Assembly: GCA_051362555.1 (NCBI GenBank)
Contig: CM120640.1
Coordinates: 2,480,001 to 2,544,000 of the forward strand
Length of the DNA: 64,000 nucleotides
From: Lingula anatina
Taxonomy: Eukaryota > Animalia > Brachiopoda
Reading direction: 5' to 3'
The position numbers and the translations under genes were made by a program. How positions within the stretch are numbered: the first letter of the stretch is position 1; every line of letters begins with the position of its first letter. Positions 38,201 to 52,512 of the stretch are shown piece by piece. The notes beneath the pieces are model-generated. The model had not been told where the DNA came from. It saw only the letters and a program-made list of their open reading frames with translations, and did not search any database.

Positions 38201-41200
38201 TTTTGCATCACATAAATTACTGGATGACGCACAGAGAGTAAATTTTGTTATCGGTACAGGATGGCTGTATTCAATATTTTTGGCTTGTTTTCTGGTTTGG
38301 GGGCATTTTGTAGTACTTCTGTTCAAACTGCCTTTCAGAACAATATGTGCAATTAATAACTGAGATGTGGGAACATTAGACAGATAGAAGTGGTTGCCTG
38401 GCTGGCTGTACAAGTCTTGTGGTTTTAACATTGATTGTGTATAGAAACTATATACCCTCGCTAGCACAGACCTCCACAGTGTGGTAACCAACTAATACAG
38501 GGTTACAGTCCCAATGGAAATTATTTTAAATTAATATGCGCATGTTTGCATACACACACGTGAACATGCATGTGCATGCAGGCACATGTCTGAACATAAG
38601 CTGGTTGACAACTACTAGTACACTTTTTAATGTGAAACACTGAAAAATTGAAGTTTGTACTGAATGTTGTCGTGAGGCAGCAAGATTAAACAGGGACCTT
38701 AATTACACTTTAAACCCCCTCAAGTATTCCAACTGTCTTAATCATGACATTAATTAAATGCCTTTTTGTCCAAGTGAGTATATGGTTCTGTTGGCTGTCT
38801 AGTAAAAAAAAACCTGTCACTGATTTTTAGCATTTAACCTACTGCAGCTACAATATATTCCATGTTCTTGTTATTTTATGTGGAACTTTTTAAGACTCCA
38901 TGCACTGTGGAGGAATAAAACAAGAGTCTTGCCGTGTATCACCATGGTGGGAGATATTATCCCTATCAGAACAGAACTATTGGAACAGCATTGGTTTTAT
39001 TTCTTCTTTGATTGCGGGTCAGCAGATGGTCCACACAGGATATCAAAATTTTGCCGGAAATGATAGTTCTTGCTTTGTGGGGAGAAATCCAATATCTTGC
39101 TTCAAGTCGGATGCCTGATCTTATCATAACACATTGTTTGATTGATTCCTCTTTTAAAAAGCTTATCTGGATAAAAGCTGGGTAATTACTCAACTTTTGA
39201 TCCACATTAATACATCATTTTTCATTAAAAGCTTGTCTAATCATCTGCAAAAATTCAAAGGCTTACAAATTGCATTCTGAATGAGAACTAATTTTTTTAT
39301 GAAAATCCTAAATAATTGTGGGGCCAGCTATTTATTTTCTGTATTTTTACCATAGATGTTTTACAATTATTCCCATCACCTCTAACTTGCATACAGTTAT
39401 ATCTTACCTTCTTAATTCATCTTCCCAGGGGACACCCTGCTAAACTGCTGGCATCAGCTAGATCAATCCTCGACTATCAGTTTAAAGAATCTACCGTCAG
39501 GGTCAGAGTTGATCATGTGATTTCCACTGGATTCAAATGAAGCCAGCGTTATATACTCCCTTCTTGTAAAAAGGCCAAGGTGAACAATATTTTTGTTTCT
39601 GCTTTTATCTGCTTTGAAGTTTGTGGGCAAATGGATACTAATTAACACAATGGTGAGAAAGTTGTAAGCATAGATTGCTGGTTGATATTCCAGTAAATTA
39701 CTACTATACGTAATGATTTATTTTTTAAAAAGTTGTGGACAGTAATTGTGTGTTTAGATTCATCACCCATTTTGTTGCCACTGTCTAGTATGTGTACTGT
39801 CCATGAGGAAGAAACTTTTTCTGTACATCTGTACAACAGGAGATGGTGTAAGCCTTCACTGAGGACCAATATTGGAAGTACATTTATGTATAAACTTCAC
39901 CCTTTTGCTGAAGGACCAAGCACTAATGTTATCTCATTATGACAAATAAATTTAGAAACACATTTTATCATTTACTTCCTCAAAGACAGATGGATACTTC
40001 ATATTTTTGGATTGCAGGTAGAGAAAATCAACTAATTAAGCTGGTCCTCAGCTAGACTTTTTAGATGAGATCATGACTAGGCAACCTTGACCTTGGCATT
40101 CCTTTTAAGGTTACAGAGGTCACCTTTGGAAAAGCATAAAAAGACAAATTTAACAATGTTAAGCTTAACCATCATATTCAGAAATAGTATTTAATGGGAT
40201 CTTAGATGATTATTAGAATGTTGATCTCCCCTTCCAATAAAATCGTTATACAGTTTTAAAGAATTCCTAAGAATGGCTCCATTTTATCATGTCAGTACAA
40301 ATGCATAATTAACATATGAGTCAGTTGAGAAAATTAGTGTGGAATAGTAGCTTTAGTACATGTAAGTCAATTTGGCAAAAAGAAAATGAATATATAGATG
40401 AAAAAGCACCATCTCACGGTTTCTGTGCTACAAGTCCAACAAGAGCTCATTCATTGGATGAATGAATGAATCATTCATTGGATGAGTTTGTTCAATGGGA
40501 AGGATTATAAACCTTTCAGATATATAATTTTAGAATCAAATATAAAATAAAAATATATTTCTGTGTAGCAAAATGAAAAGCTTGCAGACTCAAGGGAGTG
40601 TTGATAAGACTGCTTAAAAAAATTATGACTTAAAGAAATATGTGCAGTATCTGTAAAATTTACAATTTTTCCCTTTGAAATAATCAAGTCATTACCTTAT
40701 ATAGAAGTGTATTTTGTCTGAATTTTCACAATTTTTGTCCTGAAAGTTTTAACAAGTCACATAGCATTTTAGCATAGACCGAGTTTCTCTTGCTCTACTG
40801 GGATTACGTAGGAGAATCCCCTGAGTGTCTAAAACTGCCAGAGCACCTGCAGACAGCTTTATGGAGAGAGAGAGATGAATTATATTATGTGTAATATCAC
40901 TTGAAAGGGCATGAATCTTCCTTGACAGTGTTTGCTTTAACTATTTGTATGAATACACGAAAGACAGCTTTGGGAAACAATCATATGGTTGAATTATTTA
41001 TTTTTGATGGAGATTATCACTATAATCAGTATTATACATTTTGCTTTCCCTGACAAGTTACAAAATGGCTATGAATTTATGGAAATGTAATTATGACTGA
41101 TCGCTGCAGCAGAGCCACAAATTGCACAAAGAATCTTGACAAAATCGCCTACAAAATTGGAATATCTTGATATATATGTATCAAAACTATTTAGCTTTGC

Positions 41201-44200
41201 TGTCTTTGGCTGCAAATCAGTAATATATAAAAAAAACTGGACAAAACTAGTTTTCCCCAAAAGTTGTGTCTTAAAAGTAGATTAAGCCTGTTGTTCTGAT
41301 GAAGAGATTTTGAGGTAATGTTGATTGGATAGTCTCTACCCAGAAGACATTAACAGAATCTATCACCAATTTATGTTATGTTGATTGCATAATCGTACAT
41401 CCTATTTTACAAATGGACTCATAATTGTTACATCTATAGTATCTATAGTGAGCTGTAGTAAACAATTGATTGGTACTTACCACTGTGTCAGTGTCTATAA
41501 ATACTATAGTGAAGAAACGAATTAATTGTGTAATGTTAGAACATTACTGGAGATTAGGAATATTGGTGACAAAGTTTTTAGTCAATGAGGTTTTGAATGT
41601 TTGATGATTACAAATGTCAGTTATCCAGAATCTGTTGGATTGGTTGTTAAAGACATCATAAAAGGCGGTTGGTAAATGACCTTGGACATCAGAACCATAG
41701 GCAGGGGGAGGGGGGATACCCTCTTGGTAGGAAAAAGTATGTTCTGAATCAAATTTTGATGTACTTCTGTGTCATTTATCAAGTTAGGGTCAGCTAAGTC
41801 CAATTTTTCAGAAAAATAACCCCATTAAAAATTGCTGGCTACCAGCCTGGACACTGAAATGACTATAGGATATCGTTCCCATTGAAACTGTTGGTTAACA
41901 TAGATCGATCCAACTCCATGGTGGATAAAACTGTTATGATTGCATTCAGCAAAAGTCCCTGCCAATTGGATCAATCTACCCATAGACCAATTATTTTCTA
42001 TGGGAATGACCCCTTAAGGTATTATGGTGCACCAGAGCCTATCTATATACGTAATACATTCATGCAGCAAAGATGGTGTTGATTGCATCATTTCACGTAC
42101 ACCTGCGGCATGTGAAGACGCAATCACCTACAAAGCAATATACTACTATTCTGACATGCAAACTCTAAATCAATTCAATCCCATTGGCAGTGGTGAAAAA
42201 GTGATGAGGCAAAATTTGACAATTGAAGAAAGAAAGAAAAAAGTCCCTTTAGATGGGTATTGTCATCACACTAAGTATGCTGTGCTGTGAACAGATAATA
42301 TTTAGGAACACCAGGGGGTAATGACTTTATATAGAAGTATTACACTTATCTGGTCTATGTTATGTGGGAAACTTCAGACTTAGATTTGACTTTGAATTGC
42401 TTTACAGAGCCGAGAACATCACAGTACATTTATTTTGAAGACATAGCTTTGGTAGCACCTTAATTTAAACATTTGTAGAACAAAAGCCCTGAGAAGCAGA
42501 TCTAGAGTGAAATATAACCATTGGCTGAGGGTTGGTGTGACCAGGGCTAAGAACCAATTTTACAAAGGAAAAATATATGAAAAAGAAGTAAACTTTAGCT
42601 GCTTTGCCCTGTTAAACTTAAATTTAAGAACCAAGATAAATTTTATCTACCTGCTCACTGTACACAGAGTTGCCGCAAGGTAGCGATCTTTTTTTATTCA
42701 GCCAACCTCAAATTTAATTGCAGAATTCAACTTTTATTTGTATAATGGTATTAAATTTATTCATATATGTTGATTTTTTGGACAAACTTATGAAAATGTA
42801 TGCAACGATACGGGGATAAATTAAACTGAAAATAGAATGTCATAGATGAAAAAGCAATGAAGTTTATTGGTGTAAGTACAAATGTTTCTCTGTCAGTATG
42901 AAAGGGAGAAAAATGAGCAATTCCCATAAATATATCTTAAATATAATCATAAATTGTTGTATTTTAATGAATTTTATTAGATTATAAAAAGAAAGTATGA
43001 TCAAGTGGCTATATATATGCATAGGTGTGATATGTAAAACAAGTGGTGGATTTAGGGTCCTGACCCCCCTTCAATTTCTGAAAAAAAAATCACAACAATG
43101 GGCACCTCTTGAAAATAGCTGAAACAAAGTTCTAAACCGTAGCAAATGGCACTTTTCGCCCTCTAGAATACCAAAAATTTTGGGGCTCCTTCATTGTCTC
43201 TGAACCCCATACCAAGGGAGGGGGGGGGAGGAGGGTTGACTTTGCATCCGCCCCTGATAACCATATGGTATAACAAAGACAGATTCCACTTCCATTTCTA
43301 TTTAGGAAAGACAGCATACTAGACAGCAATGCTTGTACTACAGAATGCCTTCATCCTCTGAACAGTATCAATTCATTCAATTGATTGTGCTGTCTGATAT
43401 CATGCTGGATGATATTTGGATATCAAATTAATCATCATGATAGGTTTGCATGTATAGGCTGTCTTTGATTTATATGTTAGCTGTGAGGAAGACTGAAAAC
43501 AGCCCCACCATTTCATTTTTACTCTTGAAAGACATAATGTATGTATAGACCTAGGTTTTAAAAGATATGTGCATTTGACTTTAGCTTTGGTCAATTTATT
43601 CAGTGTTTAATTGTTATATAATTTTTTCCAGCTTGGGTGGTAAAAGAGAAGCCGCTACTGTAGTTTTATAAGAATATCATGTTGCTGGTCAGAAATTATC
43701 TATGCACAGAGTAATTAAGCCATTGTCACTTATTATAGATGTGGCACTGTGAAAAAATGGAACCTCGGGTCTTTTAAAGGGTACTCAAATCAAAGTATGT
43801 CTCGGAAGGTCTTTTATTATTGTAGTTGCATGATCACGAATTTTGACGCCCACTGATTGGTCGGGAGCAGTCATGTGCCTGTCAGTATCAGATCATATTG
43901 ACCTCCTAACCAGTGAATATAGATTTGGAAGCAGAGAGTATATTTTTTTTTTTTCGAAAAGCACAAGCACTCGATTTCTATAGCACAATCTATTTAGCTC
44001 TTAATTATGTCCTTCATTGTAGGTCAATTATCCTAACTTTCGGTCAATAAATCCCCAAAATGACTTCACCCATAGTCAGTATTTGTATATTATGATGTTA
44101 TATGCAAAACATTAACAAACTGTCATATTTTGTATATATTTTAAAAGATATATTTGACCTCACTAGAAGGGGATTAAGCCGCCTCGATCACCCCATCCTG

Positions 44201-45792
44201 ATGGTCTATAGGGAACTTCCAATAGTCTCCACTTTCCTAGCTCCCTCCCTCTCTCTCTCTCTCTCTCTCTCAGAGGAGGGGGAGGGGGAAAATTTTATTG
44301 ATGGATCTAGTGTCCATACCAGTTTTAATCAACAACAAACAAAGATGAATTTCTTGTAAGCAATCTTTCCTAGTGTAATAGAGTCAAGACAAGTTATATT
44401 GGTGACATTTGCTGGAAAATACAATACCAGTATATGCTGTCATTGTTGACTAACATCAAAGACTTCAAAAGTCATTATGCCACATCATTTGTGTGCTTGT
44501 CCAAAGAAATCAAGAGAGCATCAGGAAAAATAGATAACAGATGAAATTCAGAGCATTGACATAGATGTAATGCATCACTGTAGGGATGGTAAGCAACCAT
44601 CCTGAAGAATCAGTGTCTTAATTCATTTCCAAGATTATTCGGAATATCATGTAATATGGGGTTGTCAGATTTTCACCGCAATGGGATTTTCCAAGAATTT
44701 TTGCTGGGTGTCAAGTAACTTATTGGGAAGTGTAAACAGAGACGGGCATTTTTTTGTGTGTGTATGCTTCTTGCACATTTACTTAACACATCTAGCTGTT
44801 AAATGTCAGATAAAGTCGGAATCCCTGAAGAATAGAGATTGATTTTTAGTATAAAATGTGCAGATGGATTATTCTGTTGTGAACCGGTACACAACTGTTT
44901 TACAGACCATTAAACCTTTATTATTCATGTGGCTTATAGTCTGTGTTCACTCACTGAAAATGGCATTGAAACAAATTAGGTTTTTGTAAAATCAACTGCT
45001 TTTTTTTTTTCTTGGCTATGTGAAATTGACTGAACGAAAGTTTGTTGTTTTGACAGGTGTATCCTTTTAAACCCTCTAAAAATGTTTTTGAAGATGGTGT
45101 TCCCCAAAGAGTTGGTTAATTGATTACATTTTACAGACTGAACCTATGTATACTTGTTTGTTTCTTTTTGTGTGTGAAAAACTCTGAGAAAGATTTTGTA
45201 CCTTAATGTATTGACGAGGTACTGGTTAGATCCTTGAAGCAAGAGGGTCAGAAGGTTTACCACTCGGAGTGGTATACTGAACTGATACACTCTAGATAAC
45301 AGTTCACTGTGAGAGATTGACAACCTAATTTGCTTGGCTAATAAGTAAAAGAGTCACTTTAAGTCCTTGACACAGCAAATTAATTAACCTAACAGCCAGA
45401 AGCGAACTTGTGGAGAAATTGTGAAAGGGAATAAAAACCCTGTAGTAAAATCTAAGGGGCTCTTATAATGAACCGTTACAGACAGTACTGTATTGGCCAA
45501 CTACTGGTATACCACTGGAAAACTGTTTTAAATTGTCATTTCTTCCTGCTATTTTACTTGGGGTCAAGGCCGGTGGCCATTCTGTATGGGCTGGTTTACT
45601 ACTTTCAGGAGAGTATGGTTTACATTGATGAGCACCCAATTTTTTCCAACGCAAGACGGTCAAAAATGGATCAACAAAGATAATTTGGAAGACTCTGGAT
45701 CCTGACTTTCTTGTATTATACTACACATTTCAGTCATTCAGTTGTATTTTACATAATATAAACTATTTAAATCTTTTACTGGACCTATAGAT

Positions 45793-45831
<39 letters not shown>

Positions 45832-47129
45832 TTTTTGGTGAAGTAACTAAAGTGTGCATGTACATCATTACTATAACCTGTTGATGGTGACTTTATTTTT
45901 GGTCAGAAGATACTTGTAAAGGTATTATATATGTTAGCTTTCATCTTCACTGCATACCCTTTGATGGCTAGAGAGGCTGAATTTTGATTAACATGCTTTC
46001 CCATGAGACCAAAGCTTGAACATTTGCTGCTTGGACATCTTGATGTTCTTTCTTTTGTCTTCGTTTCTGTTATTATTATTTATTATTATTATTTTTTTAT
46101 TTTTTTTTTTTACATGTAGCACAGCTGTTTTTTAGAGTGTCAGCGTTAAGTCCTTAAACCTCTTATTATCAGCCATATATTTATACCTGACACCTATCTT
46201 TAAAGAAGTGAGGAACATACATGTAGGTGAATGGATGTTGCGGCAGCCAGAAACTCCCTGTTTGCCACAGTGTAACTCAACCCATGGCAGTCAAACAACA
46301 AGACTTCATGCAGTAGCATGTTACAGTATTAGAATATACTATCAGTCCATCCATCAAGCTTTCCCACAGGTAACAGCCAACTTTAATGATGTAAAATCAC
46401 CTTTGCTGGTGTTACAACAGCAGGCCGCCTTGCTCCCAGACGTCTCTGTCATGTACTGATAAGATAGTAGTTTACTATAGCTGAAGAGTACAGTGTACCT
46501 TTTTTTCATACTTTATGTATGTCTTATAGTAACACATACCCAGTATTTCCTGGCTATTTTTCTTCTTTTTTATTTTGGAAATCAGCATCCTTTGCAGACA
46601 CTTACTCTGATTATCATCAGCTAAATCTACTTATACAAGAAGCTGTAGTTTTTGTACCCCCCCCCCACCCCCCCCACCCCAAATTTTTTTTTTTAACTGA
46701 AATGTTGTTTTGATGATATTCTATTTATTTGTCTTTATTAGATTGTTTCGCTATGAAATGTGGTGACATCTATAAGTTGTCTTGATTATATAATTGTTAG
46801 TTTTGATGCAAAAGCTAAGGATTAGAAAAATTCAATGCACTGCACCAAGGTTGATGTTATTGAAGATGAAAGATTTACGATATAAGAGAGCAAAAATTAA
46901 GAAAATAAAGAGAACTTTGAATCTGTAACAGTGAGGTTTTTCAGTTTTGCTCTAGCTGTCACAGTAAAAATCAAGTATGCCAGATTTCAAACTAAGTAGG
47001 TTTCCTGTAATATTTGAACTATATTATGACTAAGTAAACTAGTTTCATGTTTATTTTAGCTGGTTTAGAAATAATAAATTTTAAGACTTTATTTAAAGAG
47101 GGGTAAACGTATAAAGCACCACCTTATCT

Positions 47130-47220
47130 TCCACAAGGTCTTCCGTTACCAGTTGTTCAGATTGGGTTTGAAACTACAACCTACTGCACCGAAGGCAAGC
47201 ACTCTACCATTTGGTCCGTC
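47130..47220 (-). mobile_element. Degenerate tRNA-derived SINE head (fragment)
   Basis: Minus strand reads GACCAAATGGTAGAGTGCTTGCCTTCGGTGCAGTAGGTTGTAGTTTCAAACCC, with A-box-like and B-box-like motifs but no complete cloverleaf. Confidence 0.5.
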
Positions 47221-48054
47221 ACTTAATTAATATTAAAAAAATTTGTAAAGGGATTTGAAATTGTTAGAATGTTATTTTCTGTGACACATTTTTTTTGTGG
47301 AGAGTAATTATAATTTATTGTAATTATGATATTTTATGTTACAATGAACAGTGACATTGTCACATTGTTCTATGTGTAAGAGAACCAAGTTGTTTTGATT
47401 AAAAACATGTTTGTTATGATGAATCCAGGTTAAAAAAATGAGTACAAAAATGAAGTCCTATGTGTAAGAGCTAACAAAGATAAAAGTGGAATGAGTGACA
47501 GAAATAGAAAAAGAGGTCTAAAGAAGCCCTTGGCGAAAAAAGAGATCACTGCATGTAACATGGTGTAATTTTGTAAAGCCTGAAGTTTTTGCAGCACTTC
47601 ATTGTCCACTAATCACTGTCAAAAGTAAAAAAGAAGCTCTGACTTTATTTGAACACATTTAGCAGTATACTTACAAGAACCTTTGTGATGAGAAACTAAC
47701 TACGGTAAAGTGCCATGAATTTCGAACGGCTCTTGAATTTCGAACGATCTTAAAATCGGCCGTCCGTAATAAAATTAATAAAATGTAAAATGCAAGTATA
47801 TGCCTCCTGAGGAGAACTCTGCAGTTTAGCAACTCCTGTTACAATTATGAGTCAGTTAAATACATGTAGGAGTAATTGGAGAGTCCATAATTGAGTTTTA
47901 ACAGTAAATGGACAGGAAATTGTGATTACTCGGTTTAGAATATTAGTCACATTTGTAATGAAGACAATTACTCAAATTCAACATCTTAAAAAAGAAACTT
48001 AATGAGGAGGGGGGGGGACATCGGTCATTATTCTAAAATTGTGGTAACTTAGAA

Positions 48055-48328
48055 TCTCATTACAAGAGAGGCTCTGCCTCAGTGAAGGTAATTACAACAA
48101 TTAATATGTTCTCATTAGAAGAAAGGCTCTCCCTCAGTGAAGGTAATTACAACAATTAATATGTTCTCATTAGAAGAAAGGCTCTCCCTCAGTGAAGGTA
48201 ATTACAACAATTAATATGTTCTCATTAGAAGAAAGGCTCTCCCTCAGTGAAGGTAATTACAACAATTAATATGTTCTCATTAGAAGAAAGGCTCTTCCTC
48301 AGTGAAGGTAATTACAACAATTAATATG
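48055..48328 (+). repeat. 55-bp minisatellite, about 5 near-perfect copies
   Basis: Unit GGCTCTCCCTCAGTGAAGGTAATTACAACAATTAATATGTTCTCATTAGAAGAAA starts at 48070, 48125, 48180, 48235 and 48290. Confidence 0.95.
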
Positions 48329-48393
48329 GTTGTTTAGACTACTGGACAAGTTTTAATGAAATGCCATATCATAGAGCAAAGTGCAGGTTAAGT

Positions 48394-48602
48394 AATAGAT
48401 AGACCCCCAAGTCAGCGAGGGTTATGTGGCAAACATGAGTGCATAGCACGTGTGGATGTCACATAACCCTCGCTGACGAGAGGTCTATCTTATTTAGACC
48501 ACGGGTCCATTAGCGGGTTATAACGCATTCATGCGAGACATTCGGTTATGCAAGTTACACCACATTTGAGTCTTTTGTTCTTCACTTCCACCGTGGTCTA
48601 AA
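48394..48602. repeat. Two adjacent inverted repeats (double-hairpin element, probably a non-autonomous DNA transposon)
   Basis: AGATAGACC...GTCAGCGAGGGTTATGTG pairs with CACATAACCCTCGCTGAC...GGTCTATCT (48394-48494); TTTAGACCACGG (48493-48504) pairs with CCGTGGTCTAAA (48591-48602). Confidence 0.7.
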
Positions 48603-50082
48603 GGGTTGTGTTTAAAATATGGATTTTAGCCTTTATTATGGTTGAAGTACCAAACCTTGATGAAAAAAATGTAAAGAGTTTGTCAAAGGAATTCAGCATC
48701 ATGAAAACACTGGACAATAATAAATTTTTATTTTTCATTTATTATTCAAGAATTTTTATCTATCCAGGGGAAATGCATATTTCAGTTTATACATACGAGA
48801 ACCTGGGTTTTTATTTTTGTTATTGATTAATTAAATATATCACAGGATACCAAGAGAGTTTATCTATAAATAAGTTTGAAATAAATGATAATCTTTCAAA
48901 ATTATCATATGAATTATCATTCATGTTTCTGGCTAAATCTTAAAACGAATTTGGCTTACTGGAAATGATGTAGAAGAAGCTTAAGTAAGATTTTGAGTCA
49001 TGAAGTCATTCAAGGATAAGTGGATATTGTAGTCTTTTTATCTGTTGAATTGGATTTTCCCCAAATGTCAAGGCCTTGTAGCCAACCCTGATCAAACATA
49101 TACTCTGAGAAAGATCTAGAACTCCATCTTTTTTTACTAACAGACAACATTAACAACCCATTTGTCTGATTTAATCAGAGTCCAGAAAAAAGATCAATTA
49201 ATACATACATTGTACGTCATTTTTTTGTGAACGAAAATGTTATTTCAACCATTACCAAAATAAGTAGCCATGACATGAAGCAATTATGAAATTATTTGCA
49301 TGATTCATGTATGAGCAGTCTTATTGGATGATGTTAGAATTCACTGTAACAGTTACTAATGCATTAAGAAAAGAGATTGATACTCTTCTGAAACATTATG
49401 GACAGGTTAGAAATCAGATATATGGAATAAAGAATTTTTTTTCATGAAAGTTTGACTTTATTTGCAACTAATTCCAAAAGAAAATTATTTAGATATGGTG
49501 AAAGGTTAAAGAGAAATGCCATGCATGCAACATATTCTCTGTATTCCACAGCCATTGAATGTTACTGAAGACGTTTAACAAAAAGTTTCAGTGTAGCTCA
49601 AGCAAAATTTACACGCGATTTGACATTTTGACATTTTTAAACTAACTTTAAGTTTAGCCCTTTTTCATGGTGTGTACCATTTTGTTGCCTTGTTTTTACC
49701 TCAGAAACATGCTTTGATGAAAGACACGTGGCATTTCTTACCAGTATCCTGCATTTAAAGATGTAAACAATTTTTTTAACCACGTTTAGAACTTTTCCTG
49801 TTGCTGGTTCTTTTTTAAGAAGGCAAAACATGTTCAACGTAAGGCACCTAACAATAACTGACTGTGTCTTCTCTTTTGTAAAATTGTTAAAATGGATTTG
49901 GACCATAAAACACATGAAACCAAAACAAACAGTTGAAAAAGGCATGCTGTGGAGGTGTCCATTTCACTGGCACAGAGCTGGAGACACAATAGAACTGATC
50001 AGAAACAACCACAGCATTTATTATAAAGCCTCATGTATCCTCATTTTGGGGGCAAGTTGAGCCCCTTTTGCATCCAGTATTA

Positions 50083-50331
50083 GAGCGCATTCAGAGCAAG
50101 TTGATCTGCGGACTAAATATCACTGATCCACATAAAAGTGATGCTGCTAATTTCCTGATGGTCTCCTTGTCTCCATATGCTCCGTCGCTGCAAAAACCTA
50201 CGAATTAAAACTTTAATCCGTTTAATGGCACATGTGGAGGTGGGGAGACCATCAGGAGATTAGGGCAGCATTTTTTTAGTGGGGTCAGCCATATTTAATC
50301 GATGGATCAGTTAGTTGTTTTGAATACACTC
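50083..50331. mobile_element. PIF/Harbinger (Tourist-like) foldback MITE
   Basis: TTA on both flanks; termini GAGCGCATTC / GAATACACTC; internal inverted arms (TCCTGATGGTCTCC / GGAGACCATCAGGA). Confidence 0.7.
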
Positions 50332-50510
50332 TTACACTTAACTGGACCAGTCCATGTTAGCATGCTGTACTCGGAAGCAAGAGGTTCCAGGTCCAATCCC
50401 CAGTATAGAGCCCTTTTCAAAAAAAAAAAAAAAAAAAAGAAAGAAAGAAAACTGAACCTGTTTGAGACATCCTGATATGTTAAAACACTACAGGGGGTTT
50501 TACTCACTTA

Positions 50511-50706
50511 GACCCCATTCCCAGAGATTAGATCAATCCAACTAGATCGACCTAACTCCCTGGGGGTTCAGGCTAAATAGCTGTCAGTCAAGTGGGCACA
50601 AAAGTTAATTACCCCCTTACAGCTTGTAGTAGGCGGATTATCTGACAGTAATCTAGTGAGACTCCCCACAGGAATAGATCGATCTAAAACCTATGGGAAT
50701 GCGCCC
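50511..50706. mobile_element. PIF/Harbinger (Tourist-like) MITE
   Basis: TTA on both flanks (50508-50510 and 50707-50709); termini GACCCCATTCCCAGAG / CTATGGGAATGCGCCC; TAGATCGA motifs in both arms. Confidence 0.65.
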
Positions 50707-51768
50707 TTACACACGTTTGCTTCCCCAGGTGTTTAGCCACACATACATTTATCACTGGGCATCTTTAATAGAAGGCTGAAGTTTTATTAAAACTACATCA
50801 ATGAGTCAATCATGTGATAAAGATCTTTTCATAAAGGGTGGAGACATGATGACCCATTGGTAAATTTTTTTCAAATTTATTTTCTTAGAAACAGTTTATT
50901 TTATTATCATTACTACACAAAACACAATTAAAACCTATTTCATCATAAATTTGAACATTTTCTTTTTTACAGTTTAGTATATTTATAATTTATTTGCTTT
51001 TTTGTTCAGAAAATGCCTACATAACATATTATCAGTCTAACTTCATACACCAACAAGTGGTACCCTATGATCATCTGGAAATGTCTTTTTATTGTGATTG
51101 ATATCTTTTTGTTTTCACACCATAGTTGGGACAGCATAATTAAATTTAACGCCAAATGAAAGCAATGTATCTATGATCTCATGTTTTAATTTTCTGTGTA
51201 ACTTTGCCATAACACGGGAAGCATCTGATGCCTACATATGCTATGCCTGGATCTGATGATGATGATACTTGTTTTATTTTTCCTAGGCACTGGATGCATC
51301 GGTGGATTCACTTATCTGGCAGCTTAACCTGCTCTAAGTATGTTCAATCACCAGGATGATGCAATGATAAACAATTTATTCTTGAAAATCACCACAGACA
51401 GTTCAGCGTGAGTGCATTTCATTATCCAATAATGTCTGTGTCAGATTGATAAAGCACTGACAGAGAGATGTCGAGCCTTTAGTTTGTTTTTGCATCGTGA
51501 TATGGCTGTCGGAGATCTTGAAGTAGCCAGATTTTTGGTGCAAAATCTATCTTTGCCTTCAGAGTCCTGGATGTGGCCTCCATTCTATATTTGTGTGCAT
51601 TTACCAGCTTCAGGTCACCTTCTGTTTAGATGAACCTAAGTATAGAAACACTGAGTGGAAGTGAATGAAAGCAAACCCTTTTAACTTGTGCGTTTGCTGA
51701 AGGATATTATTTAAACCTAGTAGTTTTTTAAATTTTTTTTTCTCTGTACATGCACCACACGTGTGTGA

Positions 51769-52010
51769 GGGTTCGTTCCCAATGCAAGTATTGCTCTATG
51801 TACATCCATTCAACTCCCCAGGGTGCTGAATGCAATCAGATTAACAGATTAACGTCTCTTCCTGGCATTGAGTAGAATACAAAAAAAAAAAAAAAAAAAA
51901 AAAGCGAAACAATAGGAGGCATGATAATCTGTTCATCTGATTGCATTCAACAAGTCCCCATGGCATTGAATCGATCTATGTGGAATGATAATTTCATTGC
52001 GAATGAGCCC
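51769..52010. mobile_element. PIF/Harbinger (Tourist-like) foldback MITE
   Basis: Termini GGGTTCGTTCCCAATG / CATTGCGAATGAGCCC; flanks TGA/TTA; internal arms TGAATGCAATCAGATTAACAGATTA / TAATCTGTTCATCTGATTGCATTCA; poly-A in the loop. Confidence 0.7.
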
Positions 52011-52512
52011 TTAGTAACCACTGTGGCTAGTGTGTATGGGCCCCTGTGTACCCCTGATCCCACCCACTGAGTCCTGTGTTCTAAGTTAAAGAGGGCAAGA
52101 TGCTGGATACCATTTTTGTTGTTTTATCTTTTTTTTTTCTGTGACTGTTTTTGTCCTTAACACGTCTGCACAAAATTTCAGACAAAACAAATACCATATT
52201 GTGAAAAAACTAATTTGTTGGAATAAGAATACAATAGAATTACATTTACTTTAGAACAATGTTTAAGATAAACTTAGTGGCAGTGTGTAACAGTATGAGG
52301 TACTTTCTGCTGATCTAATTATCTAAAAAACAAAATATGAACTCCCAGGTGCTGAGTGCCTTTATGATGCAGTCTACGCACTTCATTAGATTTACTTTAC
52401 ACTTATATATTATTATTTTAATACTTTGTCACTCTGAAAATATTTGAATTTATTATTTGGTCACAGATTCTTACAAAAGATAAATTTTATCAGTAAAGAC
52501 TAAACATTATGA

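Noticed and set aside
48055-48328. Regularly spaced repeats resembling a CRISPR array
   Set aside because: The units are identical head-to-tail with no unique spacers, there are no cas genes, and the context is eukaryotic. It is a minisatellite.
50345-50440. tRNA-like sequence with a B-box-like motif and poly-A
   Set aside because: No intact cloverleaf or acceptor stem; at most a decayed SINE fragment.
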